A stretch of 62,997 nt of DNA, counting the filler, from Octopus bimaculoides (taxonomy: Eukaryota): the NCBI RefSeq assembly GCF_001194135.2. It is 9 parts of 9 records of this genome, joined end to end, with 100 filler letters (N's around TTAATTAATTAA, not from the genome) between each part and the next. Parts side by side here need not be neighbours in the genome. Positions count along the whole stretch, not along the records: positions 15,711 to 35,123 come from NC_068983.1; positions 35,224 to 36,423 come from NC_069005.1; positions 36,524 to 38,129 come from NC_068999.1; positions 38,230 to 62,997 come from NC_068991.1; 5 more parts are not named here. One strand, written 5' to 3'. Numbering within the stretch: the stretch's first letter is position 1; every line of letters starts with the position of its first letter. A model generated the notes under the pieces. The model did no database searches and was not told the DNA's origin. It was given only the letters and a program-made list of their open reading frames with translations. Of this stretch, positions 26,739-39,537 are shown piece after piece. The translations under genes were made by a program, and so were the position numbers.

Positions 26739-27927
26739 TATGTATATGTGTGTGCGTATGTGTGCGATGTGTATGTGCATGTGTGCGATGTGTGAGTGCA
26801 TGTGTGCGATGTCTGTATGCGTGTGCGTGCATACATGTATTCTCACATACCTTGAAAATTATATTTACTGCTTAATGCAAAATGAACTCCAGCCTAAACG
26901 GGGAAACTATTGGCAGTAAAAAATGGTGATAGATAAAACTGGTTCATTAAGCAAAAATACTTAACGGTAATTACGGTCCCTGATATACATCCCTTTAATC
27001 CCAGTATGATGTTGCTTTTCGTCGTTGAAAGACATAAAACTACGTGACAGAGAATATCGAGTTTAATTCCAAAGAGTGAAAGAACGCCTTTAGTTCAAAC
27101 GACGTCCTCTATAACTAGTTCATTTCCGGCGAGTCAACGAAGAATCTTTTTGGCGAGTTAGAAATGGTGTAGATCCACTAGAAATAGCAGCCTATTTTCG
27201 CTTAAATCTTTCATTATCGACTTAAATTACAAAGATATACACTAAATACCGTAGACTCTGGTATGCCTTTGATTATAGATCTTTTCAGTCAGGATTAACC
27301 TGAGGTTAAAAAAAAAAAACGAAAAAAAAACAACTTTTTCATTGAAGTATTTTAATCAAAGTTAAATTCGCTCGAGATATATTTTTCTTTTCCACCTGAC
27401 GCACCAAAACAAAAGTAAAATATAAATTATCTATTCATTTTACATTTTTCACTAGTTTGTCTGTAGCTAGTGGCTGTATCCATATCTATTATAGGAACGT
27501 TTAGACTGAAAGATCTCAGTATCTGAAGTTAATGTTAATATTTTAGCTAAGTGGATGAAAAGATTTTTAATGTGCTGAATGTTATTAAAAGAAAAGGTTA
27601 TTAGATCAAGTATGCGGTGTAAAGATCAAAATAATGTTAGTCTGTAACTAATATTATGTTTAACATTGGCTAATACGGGAGATAGCTTGAGACGTTTAAT
27701 CCTAGTGTTAGATAGTCAGCAGAAGTATAATCTGCTGAAAAGTTGATTTATAGAATTGTGTATTTGTTGTTGAAGAGAGGATGAAAGAAAGAGAAGGAAG
27801 GTAGTAAAAATGATGAACGGGAGAGAAAAAGAGAGTTTTGAAGGGAGAAAGATTCAAAAAGAAGAGAATGAGGGATGTTGTTAAAATATGAAATAGCAAG
27901 AATGGAAGACAACTCAGGACATTTTAC

Positions 27928-27968
27928 CTTCATTTAGACTCGTCAGCGGAAGAGTACACATACTGTAC
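27928..27968 (-). other. Candidate small exon (41 nt), product unknown
   Basis: ttgatttgatcattaacAG acceptor, GAAG|GTAAAA donor; one open frame YSMCTLPLTSLNE. Confidence 0.2.
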
Positions 27969-28559
27969 CTGTTAATGATCAAATCAATAAGCAAATAAAT
28001 AGAATTTGTGTTTGTTAAAAAAAGACAGAAGAGATAGAGATAGAGAGATATGGATAGATAGATAAATAGATAGATAGAGAAATGGAGCAAGAGAGGTAAA
28101 GGGAGTGTGGGAGAAATAAAGAGGGGTGGGTTATTTAAAAATAAAATAAATCTGGTGCCATCTGAACGAGATATATTCATTATAAGGCTTTAGAACATTA
28201 TCATATTTATCCAGTCATTAATATTATATTTTTAATCAGTATCTATCAGTTAAAATATTAATTGATCTGTTGCAATTTGCAGATCAATCCCACCCCAAGC
28301 AATAAAAACAACCAACAAAAAGCGGATACCAGGGAGATGCAGTTTTGTTAATAAAATATTTTAGACAAGCAATATCGAAAGAAGAATTATGAGTGAAGGT
28401 TATTAACACTTTCAATGCTCACCGATGAAGATCGATTTTAATTTCGTGATAGAAATCACACATGTTAAAGTTTTCATAGGTATTTTAAAACAATCTTTCA
28501 TAATTTAATGTAATATCTCTCTTTGAATTGCATTCCAAACACTAGCTTGATAATTGCTT

Positions 28560-28955
28560 CTAATTTAGGGCCAGCAATTTTGAAGGAAGGGATTTAGTCG
28601 ATACCGTGACTGGTACTTTATCTAATCGACTCCAAATGGGTGAAAGGCAAAGGTGAACTCGGCGGGATTTGTACTTAGAATGTAAAGCGTCAGAACAAAC
28701 ACCACGAGGTATGTCTTTTTTATGCTCTAACGATTCTGCCAGCTTACCATTTTTGCATCCTTTCAGGCCAAAAGGCCTGAAATTATGGCATAAGGGGCTA
28801 GTCAATTACAGTGACCCCAGTGTTCAACTGAAACTTATTTCATCGACCCTGAAAAGATGAAAGGCAAAGTCGACTTCGGCAAAATTTGAACTCAGAACGT
28901 AATGACAGCTAAGCATTTTGTTCGGCATACTAACGATTCTGCTAGCTCACCACCA
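28560..28955 (-). mobile_element. Two tandem SINE family B copies
   Basis: Repeated atcgac...gatgaaaggcaaagt...taacgattctgccagct. Confidence 0.8.
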
Positions 28956-30666
28956 TCCACCAACTTTATAACAAAAATGTTACATGTTTTCTAGTTTGTT
29001 CTAAATATTTAATTATTTTAAACATTGACTGAAACACACGGAATAATGTATTTCATTAAAATATCATCAAGAAAGTTCTAAGTAGATATAATGCTTAGTT
29101 AGTAAGTTTAGCTTAAGAATATAGTACTACATATTGTCCTATACATTGCATGCGCATTTTGTTATGGGTTAGTGGTTGTTTAGCTCTATGAAGTTTTGGG
29201 CCATGAAAATTCAATTAAGCCTGCGTGATGTGATTTTCACTATACACAAAATACGGTATGATTAACAAAGGTGAATTGAAATATCATTGCATGTATTGAG
29301 AGGATTATGATTTTATATGTTTAATAGTATATCCGTGTCGTCAAATGCGATATTTTTATTATCTATAGAGAATGTTCTTGCTGTAATGGAGTGTAAAGAA
29401 GTTAGAATAGTATTTCAACTAAAATAACCAACGACAACATTGTTTACAAATTTCATGATATAAATCTGGAGCTTAAGAAAGAGTCCAACAACATATATAA
29501 CTATTCACAAACCTCCACAAACACGACACACACACACACACATGTATCGTTTGTAATTCGTCCGTTTGTAGATATCTGAGTAAGCGAAGTTTTCATGCAA
29601 TTCTTCTTTCAATCTACGAACAGTTTACGAAGATTATGAAATAAGTGTATAATTCTAAATTTTTATATGGTTCTCTTTTCAAGTAGAAATCGTGTCACCA
29701 ATTTAGTTAGTATATGAAACGACTTTTACCAACTCTATTATGATATCTCTAAGAAAGAAGTCATGTTTGAGAAATTTAATTTTACGTATATTTATTAAAA
29801 GACTTTCATATAATACAAATGTTTCTATACTTAAAGCTCATTTGATATAATAAAATATCATGTTTCCTGTCTAGAAACGTGTTCTTATCATATTTAATTA
29901 TTATTGAATAATCGTGAATATCAAGACAGCATCAGTTTTCCCATAATATGAAACAAGTCACAGAATTAAATATGTTTTCGTGCATATAACGTAGGTCTCC
30001 AATACAGCTTGAAAACAAAATCTTTAATATATAAACATATTCAGTAACACGCAATTGATTTTCATATGTCCGACTGTTACGAAACCACCCAGAAGCAGCT
30101 TTTGGATAGACATCAGCATGAAATTGATTCCACAATTGTATAAGTACATGGCGTGTCATTCGTCTGAATAAATACAGTTGTACAGATTACAATTCTTTTG
30201 GATCTTAACATTCCTACTTGGAGACTTATTTCTTCTATTTCAAAAATGGTATCAAAATTGTCTTTTACAAAATATTAATATTATTGAAACGAGCAGAAGA
30301 ATAAATGAAAAATACTATAAGTTCGCGGAGGTATAGAAGTTGCTTTCACAATTTGCTGTTAATCAAATTATTTTGCTCTATTATCACAAAGGAAATATCA
30401 TGAACATTATGAACCAATGAGCGGCGCTCTACATGGTCATTGACCACTCGGTTAGAGAATACCGGCCATACTTGCCTCTAAAGATGTTCCCGTATTGTTT
30501 TGAATAAAGAAAGAATACACTATATAATGCAATCTAAGATATACTTAAAATCTCTGATTATAACAAGAATGCCTTCAATCATAAGTCGCTTTATGAGAGT
30601 TGACAGGAGCTAAATAATAACAGCAAAAACATAGTTGCAACAACAATAACAACAAATACAGATGGA

Positions 30667-31055
30667 TGGATGGCACTCCGTCGGTTACGACGACGAGGGT
30701 TCCAGTTGATCCGATCAACGGAACAGCCAGCTTGTGAAATTAACGTGCAAGTGGCTGAGCACTCCACAGACACGTGTACCCTTAACGTAGTTCTCGGGGA
30801 GATTCAGCGTAACACAGAGTGTGACAAGGCTGGCCCTTTTGAAATACTGGTACAACAGAAACAGGAAGAAAGAGTGAGAGAAAGTTGTGGTGAAAGAGTA
30901 CAGTAGGGTTCGCCACCCCCCCCCCCCCCTGCCGGAGCCTCGTGGAACTTTAGGTATTTTCGCTCAATAAACACTCACAACGCCCGGTTGGGAATCGAAA
31001 CCACGATCCTACGACCGCGAGCCCGCTGCCCTAACCACTGGGCCATTGCGCCTCT
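30667..31055 (-). mobile_element. tRNA(Arg)-like-headed SINE (family D)
   Basis: Reverse strand begins gaggcgcaatggcccagtggttagggcagcgggctcgcggtcgtaggatcgtggtttcgattccc (A and B boxes). Confidence 0.85.
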
Positions 31056-31151
31056 TACAACAAATATGATAACCTCATTAACAACAACAAAGTCAACAAC
31101 ATGCATAGCTAGAAGCCATCTTTCAGAGCACTGTTCATTTAACAAATGGTT

Positions 31152-31152
<1 letters not shown>

Positions 31153-31220
<68 letters not shown>

Positions 31221-31222
31221 TT
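31153..31222. repeat. (TAC)n microsatellite; similar tracts at 31593-31648 and 32249-32293
   Basis: Direct inspection; source of the poly-Y ORFs. Confidence 0.97.
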
Positions 31223-31223
31223 G

Positions 31224-31557
31224 AAGGCGCTTGGCTTAGTGACTAGGGATATTCGGCTCGCGATAGTAAAGTCTTGAGTTCGATTCCATGCGATATGTTG
31301 TGTCCCTGAGCAAGGCGCTTTATTTCATGTTGCTCCAGTCCACTCAACTGGCAGAAATGAATTGTACATGTATTCCAAAGGGTCAGCCTTGTCACATTCT
31401 ATGTTACGCTGAATCTCCGTGAGAATTACGTTAAAGGTACGCGTGTCTGTGGAGTGCTCAGCCACTTGTACGTTCATTTCACGTGCAGGCTGTTTCGTTG
31501 ATCGGATCAACTGGAACAGTTGATCCGATCACCGTCGTCGCAACCGATGGTGTGCTG
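31224..31557 (+). mobile_element. SINE family D, divergently oriented to the copy at 30667
   Basis: gaaggcgcttggcttagtg...gagttcgattcc head; 3' half is the reverse complement of 30667-30850. Confidence 0.85.
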
Positions 31558-31591
31558 GTCCTGTCTCACTGCTGCTGCTACCACTACATCA

Positions 31592-31649
<58 letters not shown>

Positions 31650-32247
31650 GCTTCTAAGGCAGTAAGGTACGATTCGAGAGATATTTGGCAGCTGTTTGTA
31701 GCAGGCTGAGCCATAACGTAAGTAACGGTTCCGTCGTTGTCTGGATTATTTGTTCTTTGTCGTCACTTGCTTAGATATATCTTACCCGCATTTTCTGTTA
31801 TCAATAGCCAAGATCTAAAGACAATCTATACGTGACATTTAGAGTTTTGCTAGACGATTTGAGTAAATTCTTTGATAAACTTAATAACAACCTTTAAATG
31901 GTGATCGTAATCATCATAGATGTTCTGTTCTTTCAGTGTTCTCATCAGGAAATATGAATTACTTGTGCTTATCTTTCGCAGAAACAAGTAATAAAACGAA
32001 ACCGAGGGTAACATCTGTTATAATTGTGAAAATATTGTTTTTACCTTTTAATAATTATAGTTGCTCTCCAATTCGATGTAATTTTATTATTCCCGTCCAG
32101 GGGCTATTAGTAGTTATTTCAGCACACTACAACATTTATATTAGATATTCATATTACCAATGGGTAGAACGTTTAATAATGGCAATATTAATAACATTGC
32201 GACAATACCAGCAGTAGCAGCAAAGAACAATTACAACAACAACAGCA

Positions 32248-32294
<47 letters not shown>

Positions 32295-32795
32295 GATGAC
32301 GACGACAACTACAACAACACCAGCAACAACAGTACTGTATGCTTACGATTGGAAGGTATTTAATTATAGGTGTCGCTCAGGTTTGACTTGAGGCTAAACA
32401 ACAATAACAACATTGTCACGACGACGACAACGACCACCACGACCACCATCACGACCACCATCACCATCACGACCACCATCACCATCACCACTACCATCAC
32501 CACTCCCACCATCAACAACTTAACACTAAGCTGGCACTATTACATTGTTATTTCACTATGAATGAACAGATTAATCTTTTGCGACGTCTGTCTCTTTGTA
32601 GACTTGATTTGACTATAAAATATATTTCTTACAATTGGCAGAAAGCCACAAATCGGTAGAGGAGTATTAGTTATAAGTCAATTGCATTGATCTCAGTCAA
32701 CAAGAGATTTACAACGTAATCACTGGGGCAAATGGTTGAAATAAAAACTAAATCTCCCTCAAATAACGCATTACCTTCTTAAAAGTGGAAGGATA

Positions 32796-33013
32796 CAAGG
32801 AGGTGTTGAGAGGTTTCCTGGCTTTAAAGGTATCGTGAATGGTCTGTCTGGAGGTCCAACCTCCTGAGTTCTTTTACAGGGCTTAGAAAAACTGAAAGGC
32901 CGCTGCAAAAAGTGTGTAAGTCTGAGAGGGGAATATGTTAAATAAAATCATAATTAACTGACCATCCTATATTTTCTTTTATATAAAGCCTGGCACTTTT
33001 CAGCACACCCTCG
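32796..33013 (+). mobile_element. Mariner internal-deletion derivative (MITE), 218 bp
   Basis: TA-flanked TIRs caaggaggtgttgagaggtttcctggcttta and taaagcctggcacttttcagcacaccctcg; internal EFFLQGLEKLKGRCKKCVSLRGEYVK*. Confidence 0.85.
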
Positions 33014-33468
33014 TACATTAGACCAGACCGTATGAGACATGGCTCATCGTAAAGCGGGCCGTACTACTTAAAGTAGTAAAAGCAAATTTTCGTTGGGCAT
33101 GTCATTCAGAAAGAGAGATCATACAAAAGTTTCCAAGAAGATCTGACGCCTATTGCTATTATTGTGTAGCCAACCAAGGTCAGTCCCGATCGAAGCATTC
33201 TAAGTGTGACCATAATATCTCATTTTCAGATGTATGTCTAGGACTGTAAAATCCACTGTGTCCTTCCTCAAACCCACCTCAAAACTGACAAATAAAAACA
33301 AGACGGCAATTTTTAGTTGTTACATATATGTATATATATGTATATATACATATAGAGTAATCCTTTTGAGATCTCACATAATTTTTTCTGAATCTCCTGA
33401 TTCTTTTAATGTGCTAGTTTCCTGGTATTAAATTAATATTAATTAATATCCAATTTTTTACCCTACTA

Positions 33469-33529
<61 letters not shown>

Positions 33530-33843
33530 CAAAGTGATTGTGCTTATTTTCCATCAACTTCGATTAAGTGATAGGAGAGTTATTTATCTTCCTTGTTTCA
33601 AAATAGTTTTTCGAAGATATTGTCTTCTGATTGCAAACATAATCTCAGTTAACCGAAGTTTTATAAGTCATTTTGCTACATATGAGGGACTATCATGTGC
33701 GCATTTATGATATAGAACACACACCCTCTAATATCTATGTATGCATGTATACATGCGTGTGTGCATGCTTGCGTGCTTGTGTGTGTTATTCTGTGTATGT
33801 ATGTACGCATGTATGTATGTATGTATGTATGTATGTATGTATG

Positions 33844-33880
<37 letters not shown>

Positions 33881-34886
33881 ACTGATCCTGGATACAATGC
33901 CAACTTATGACACAGATTCTCCAGTGAGTGGTAGAAAACAACAAGTTCAATCAACGAATCAATGACTCATCAATTTTCCAATATTGATTTCTGATGTTAG
34001 TAATAATTTTTTCCCCAGTATTGATATTGAATACATCCATGAATTATGCTACATACAATTTCCCTCTCATATGACATCTTACTATTATAAATAAAACTAT
34101 CATATTTGACAACGATATCACAGAGTTGAGATGGTCCTAAGTGGAACGACTGTGTTCATGAGTCTGCTCGAACAAGTTGCTTGTTGATAACTCTTTCACA
34201 GACGGATATGAAACAGCGATTGCTTTTTAAACGAATGACTATATCACTTTAATGAAAGTAACCAAGTGCACTCTTTGTGTTTCCCTTTAAACAGCTATAC
34301 ACTACTTATATAACGCTAGTCAATTCAGCGCTTTATCATAAAATTATTTTTCTCACATGTTCCCCTTCTTCGATAAATATCAGCAGACAAAGGTGCAGCA
34401 TGTTTCTAAGCAAACACAGACGAAACACTTGACAAAGTCGAATCATTGACTATGGCTTAACATTGTTCCATACCAAATGAATGAGAAATATAAAACTCGT
34501 TAAAATTGGCTTTATTCTGAAGTCAAATTAGCTTAATAGATAATTCATCATCCTATCGTATTTGAAATGTTCCGTTGTTTTTCACCAAGAGCAAAGTTAG
34601 ACTTGTTAAAGAAGCTACCTGCCATATAAGTCCTCTGAGAGATACATAGCATGCCTTGCATCGTTTATCCATTTAACATTGGAGAAATCGGAGATTACCT
34701 TAATGAAAGGAGCAAGTTAGCTAATTCATAGCACACACTAGCTGCCATTTTCAAAAAGCTGGCAGATGATATAACGACACAATTTTCCTGTTCGAATCCT
34801 TCTTAAATAATATAAAATAAAAAAAGAAATATACTCTAAAATGTATGGTACGATTTCCTATTGTATGTGTATGTCGTATATATATG

Positions 34887-35123
34887 AAACCGGCTGATAA
34901 GGGTGGAACCGTGGTAGTATGGCGCGCGGACCTCTACGAGGCCGAAGCTCTCCGTCAACTTCGAGATACCTCATTCTACCGCCCTCTGCCCTCCGACCCC
35001 ACGCCCAGCTACCAACAGACTGTGTCCTCCACTCCCGTCTCCCCGCCACCGCCTCCAACCTTATTGTTCGCACCCCACGCACCCCCACCATTTACTTCCT
35101 CCCCAAGATCCATAAACCGAACA
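34887..35123 (+). mobile_element. Penelope-like element reverse transcriptase fragment
   Basis: KPADKGGTVVVWRADLYEAEALRQLRDTSFY...PRTPTIYFLPKIHKPN (ADKG and LPKIHK motifs), one frameshift; cut by the spacer. Confidence 0.9.
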
Positions 35124-35223
35124 NNNNNNNNNNNNNNNNNNNNNNNNNNNNNNNNNNNNNNNNNNNNTTAATTAATTAANNNNNNNNNNNNNNNNNNNNN
35201 NNNNNNNNNNNNNNNNNNNNNNN
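35124..35223. other. Artificial scaffold-joining spacer
   Basis: 44 N + TTAATTAATTAA + 44 N. Confidence 0.95.
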
Positions 35224-35258
<35 letters not shown>

Positions 35259-36423
35259 TTAGTTTTTTTAACCTTTATATCTATACTAGTCAGATGGATG
35301 GATCTAACAGAAGTCTTAAAATGGAATCTAAATATATGGTCTTTGACTGTGAACTATTGTAAAGTGATCATAAGTGGTTCAGTGCTATTCGCTATATTTT
35401 AATCAGAAGTAACTTTATGTTTTTCAGTGTGGGGAGTGTTCTATTTTGATGTGTAGCTTTTTAGTGACAGAGTTAGAATGGCTATATACTAAGAATCCTG
35501 TAGTTTCTTCACCTTTTCTGAATTAGCGAATAATTTATCCGATTTTTTTTATATCAGGTATTTTTGCTACAAGATGTCTCAGGAAGAAACTGTTAACCTT
35601 TCTTTTTTTCAAGCGATATTCGTCTTCTGCAAAAATTTGCTAATAATCTGTTTGTGATAATGCATTTGTTGGGCAAAAAAGTGAGCGTACGAAGATATCG
35701 TTATGATGAACATCTTTTTTCAGTTTTCTGCAACAACTAAACATTTGATAATTTAATCTTTTGTACGGAATCGTTATGTTATCTAGTTTGTGGAAATTTG
35801 AAATTCGTTTTGTTTTAACATTAGATATTTGAAGTTAAATAATTGCTCAACTTACAAAGGAGCGGAAGAAATTTAAAGTGAGTTTTGGTAATTACGCGAT
35901 TAGCCACAATGAAATAAAGAAGCACTAGATATATTAATTGTATTGTTACAGAAATCTTATTTGTTTCATTTAACAAGAAATGTGCTGAAAATAATGGGGT
36001 GCAACATTCTGTGTTTGTTTTCTCAAAAGAAAACATTCGAAAGATTTATTTCTAGATTTCAAATAATGTCATTTGATGCATTTGAATAATTTATCTAGAA
36101 TTTAGTAAGACACGTCTTCTGCAATTTTTAAATGATTTAACATGTTTGTGCATTGTACTAATTAGTAATGTCCACATAAAAGAAATGGCTTATTGAGCGG
36201 TGTGTGTCTACATACATTCCCTTTCCCCGCCTCACATTTTCCTTTCTATATTTGTCTTTTTTTTCATTATTTCCCTCTCCTTTACTAGTCTCCTACATTT
36301 TTCTTCTGATCAAAGACAAGAGTCCGAATCGTTAAGGCTCTTTCCTTTCCTTTTAAGCGTGTTAAACTAATAGAGCATTTGTTAAAACTTATACGTGTTG
36401 CTTTTCATATATATATATATATA

Positions 36424-36523
36424 NNNNNNNNNNNNNNNNNNNNNNNNNNNNNNNNNNNNNNNNNNNNTTAATTAATTAANNNNNNNNNNNNNNNNNNNNN
36501 NNNNNNNNNNNNNNNNNNNNNNN
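36424..36523. other. Artificial scaffold-joining spacer
   Basis: 44 N + TTAATTAATTAA + 44 N. Confidence 0.95.
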
Positions 36524-36752
36524 ACATAAAAGACACCATTTCGAGCGTGGCCGTTCTCGTGCGGGTGACACGTAAAAGCACCCACTACACTCTCTGAGTG
36601 GTTGGCGTTAGGAAGGGCATCCAGCTGTAGAAACTCTGCCAAATTAGATTGGAGCCTGGTGTTGCCATCCGGTTTCACCAGTCCTCAGTCAAATCGTCCA
36701 ACCCATGCTAGCATGGAAAGCGGATGTTAAACGATGATGATGATGATGATGA
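36524..36752 (+). mobile_element. Family C retroposon 3' end with (GAT)n tail
   Basis: Near reverse complement of 6945-7170. Confidence 0.85.
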
Positions 36753-37755
36753 TTACCGAATAGAATAAAATATCAAGGAGACTTTTTGAGAATATGTCCA
36801 ACATCACATCTGCCAAGTTTAACCAATACTATTAAAAATCTATACAAAGAAGGGAAACAGGATCAACTGAGCACTCAGAAAACAAGTTAATGGGACTTAC
36901 AAATGATCTGGTGCTACAGCTCATAACCAGCAATCAAAACAAATGTGACAGTTGCTTATGTACAAGTTGGTTTCAATATCTAGAGATGAAAAACTAAAAT
37001 CCTCAAATCTATGCAACTGCTGCTACTGACCAAATCATGCTACAAGAGGAAACACAAAAAATATTAATACTTTCACCCACTTAGTATCATTAGTAACCAG
37101 TGAAGTAGAGACACCAATGTATGCAACATGACAGTAGCACTCTAGCTACTAAACATGTGAGACTCTAAGGAACTGTCAACAAAAACTTAAGTCAAGATTT
37201 TCCAGACAAGTGTCAAGTCAATTTGAGTACATGAAACTGAAACATACACCAAACAAACATGACCTTGTGGCAAGAATACCAGAGAACTGTAACAGAGGAA
37301 ACTATAAAGCAAGGTTTGAAATGGGCAAAGTAAAATAAGATACATGTCAGAGTACATACAATACTTTCAGGTCAGTCACAATAGCAAATGAACTGAAAAC
37401 AAGAGAGGAAAAAGAATACAAGTAATATTAGTATATTTCAAGTTTTAATTTTAAGTTACCATGTTGAAATGAATGAGATAGATCTGTAAGAATTCAAATA
37501 ACCAGTCCAGTTTCTTGAAAAATTTTTATATACAATTTTTTTAAAATAACAATAACATATATGAAACACAAAAAGCAATGTGTTTTTATCAAAGCATTTA
37601 TATTTTATGTTCACTGCAACATTAATATTCTTTTAGTAAAAAGATACATAAATATCTATTTAACTCTTTCATTATATCACAAGTTTTGTGCATATTTGTT
37701 TACAAATTAATATGGTTGTTATAGACAAATTTTCACTACCTAATGTTTGACTTAC

Positions 37756-38128
37756 ATTCACAAAACTGATGACCTTTGTGTTCCTTATCATAAGGATGAC
37801 ACATTAATGCACAAGTGTGTCCACAATCTAGACGTGCTTCACATGGTTTTAAACATCCACCTTCTGGTGCCTTACAAAAGTCTTCAAAAGATGCCACTTG
37901 AGCATGTGTTTCAGGATGATTCTGACATTTCAATATCATTGCATCAACAAGTATTTTCTTCTCCTCTAATGATAACAAAATTTCTGCCCATAGTGGACTG
38001 TTTGTAGCAAGAAGCTTAAAATTTCCAATGACATATAAGCCTTTCTTTGCTCTTGATAATGCAACACATACTCTGTTATCAATTTTTAGATATCCAATTG
38101 AATTATGCTCATTACTTCTGACTAAAGA
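37756..38128 (-). CDS. ZNFX1: NFX1-type zinc finger-containing protein 1 (SF1 RNA helicase): motif VI through first NFX1 zinc finger; partial exon, 5' side lost in spacer
   Basis: SLVRSNEHNSIGYLKIDNRVCVALSRAKKGLYVIGNF...LKCQNHPETHAQVASFEDFCKAPEGGCLKPCEARLDCGHTCALMCHPYDKEHK; ends at a GTAAGT donor. The ORF track shows only the 3' part. Confidence 0.93.
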
Positions 38129-38129
38129 C

Positions 38130-38229
38130 NNNNNNNNNNNNNNNNNNNNNNNNNNNNNNNNNNNNNNNNNNNNTTAATTAATTAANNNNNNNNNNNNNNN
38201 NNNNNNNNNNNNNNNNNNNNNNNNNNNNN
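38130..38229. other. Artificial scaffold-joining spacer (last one; 38230-62997 is a single scaffold)
   Basis: 44 N + TTAATTAATTAA + 44 N. Confidence 0.95.
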
Positions 38230-38264
<35 letters not shown>

Positions 38265-38289
38265 ATGTCTAGTGAAATCACAGTCGTAG

Positions 38290-38680
38290 CAGATACTGGT
38301 GTCTCACAATGGCACATAAAAGAACCCATTACACTCTCAGAGTGGTAGACATTAGGACGGGCATCCAGCCATAGAAACCATGCCAAAGCAGCTTACCAGC
38401 TCTATCCACACCATCCAACCCATGCAAGCAAGGACAACGGACGTTAAATGATGATGATGATGATGTACGTATGTGTGTATGGGTGTATGAGTCTTTGGGT
38501 CCTGTTTGTCACCCCCACCCCACTGCTTGACAGCTTGTATTGGTATGTTTACAGCCTTGTAATTTAGCGATTTGGCAGAAGAGATTGCTAGAACAAGAAC
38601 CAGGCCTACAAAGAACTCCTATGGTTGATTTGTTCAACAAAAAACTCTCCAAGGCAATGCTCCAGCATAGCTGCAGAAAA
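38290..38680 (+). mobile_element. Family C 3' end followed by family A 3' half
   Basis: gggcatccagccatagaaacc...ttaaatgatgatgatg; then cttgacagc...ctccagcatagctgcag. Confidence 0.7.
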
Positions 38681-39039
38681 TGATATATTTCTAGGATGAA
38701 AGAAAATATATTGCTTGGGGAGATAACTGTTCATTTATTTTGCAGTAAAGGGGAGGCAAATCTGTAATTTTTATTATTTGTTTTTTCGTGTGTATTTCCT
38801 ACTTTATTCTGACTTCTATTTTACATTAAATGGGTTAAGTCCTTTATTTTTAATATGGGTTCATATTCCATTCTGGTTTATATTTTTGGATAAATGAGGC
38901 TTCTTTACTCAGTCTTACTCAGAAGGCAAGTTGATAAAATGGGAAAATTACAAATTGTAGTCATAATGATTCTACACATTCATCAGTGTGTTGACTGAGG
39001 TACATTTGGCAATGTTGGGGTGGAAATTTGTTGTCTGTG

Positions 39040-39170
39040 GACCATACATATCTTTCCGATCGAATATAGTTTCGATGGCAGCATGAGCATCGGATTACGT
39101 AAATGAGGTTTTGGGAGGAGCAAGTGAAGTTAGATTTGATTTTGAATATTTGTCCTTATCTGAAATAGAA
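39040..39170 (-). mobile_element. Penelope-like GIY-YIG endonuclease remnant
   Basis: Minus strand reads KIKSNFTCSSQNLIYVIRCSCCHRNYI. Confidence 0.8.
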
Positions 39171-39339
39171 TTCTGATCCTTCTAACAGATTGGGACATGT
39201 TCCGTAATTAGGGCAGCCACACTTTATGACTCAAAAGTACCTTGGATCATAGGGTGATATGCTGTACTAGGGCGACATGACGTGATTGAGGAGACCTATT
39301 GAGTCAAGTACATCAAAATCAAATGGAAATTGTAGTTGT

Positions 39340-39537
39340 GATCCCCATGCTGGTGGCACGTAAAAAGCACCCACTTCATTCTCGGAGTGGTTGGTGTTAG
39401 GAAGGGCATCCAGTTGTAGAAACACTGCCAGATCAGACTGGAGCCTGTTGCAGCCTCCTGGCTTCCCGGACCCCAGTCGAACCGCCCAACCCATGCCAGC
39501 ATGGAAAACAGATGTTAAACGATGATGATGATGATGA
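39340..39537 (+). mobile_element. Family C retroposon 3' end with (GAT)n tail
   Basis: gtggcacgtaaaaagcaccc...gggcatccagttgtagaaa...aacccatgccagcatgg...gttaaacgatgatgatg. Confidence 0.85.

Noticed and set aside
32420-32515. Mucin-like poly-Thr coding repeat
   Set aside because: An (ACC/ATC/ACG)n microsatellite without splice signals.
35330-36060. hAT transposase remnant on the minus strand
   Set aside because: Only faint similarity (KxxPHT-like) among many stops; too decayed to call.
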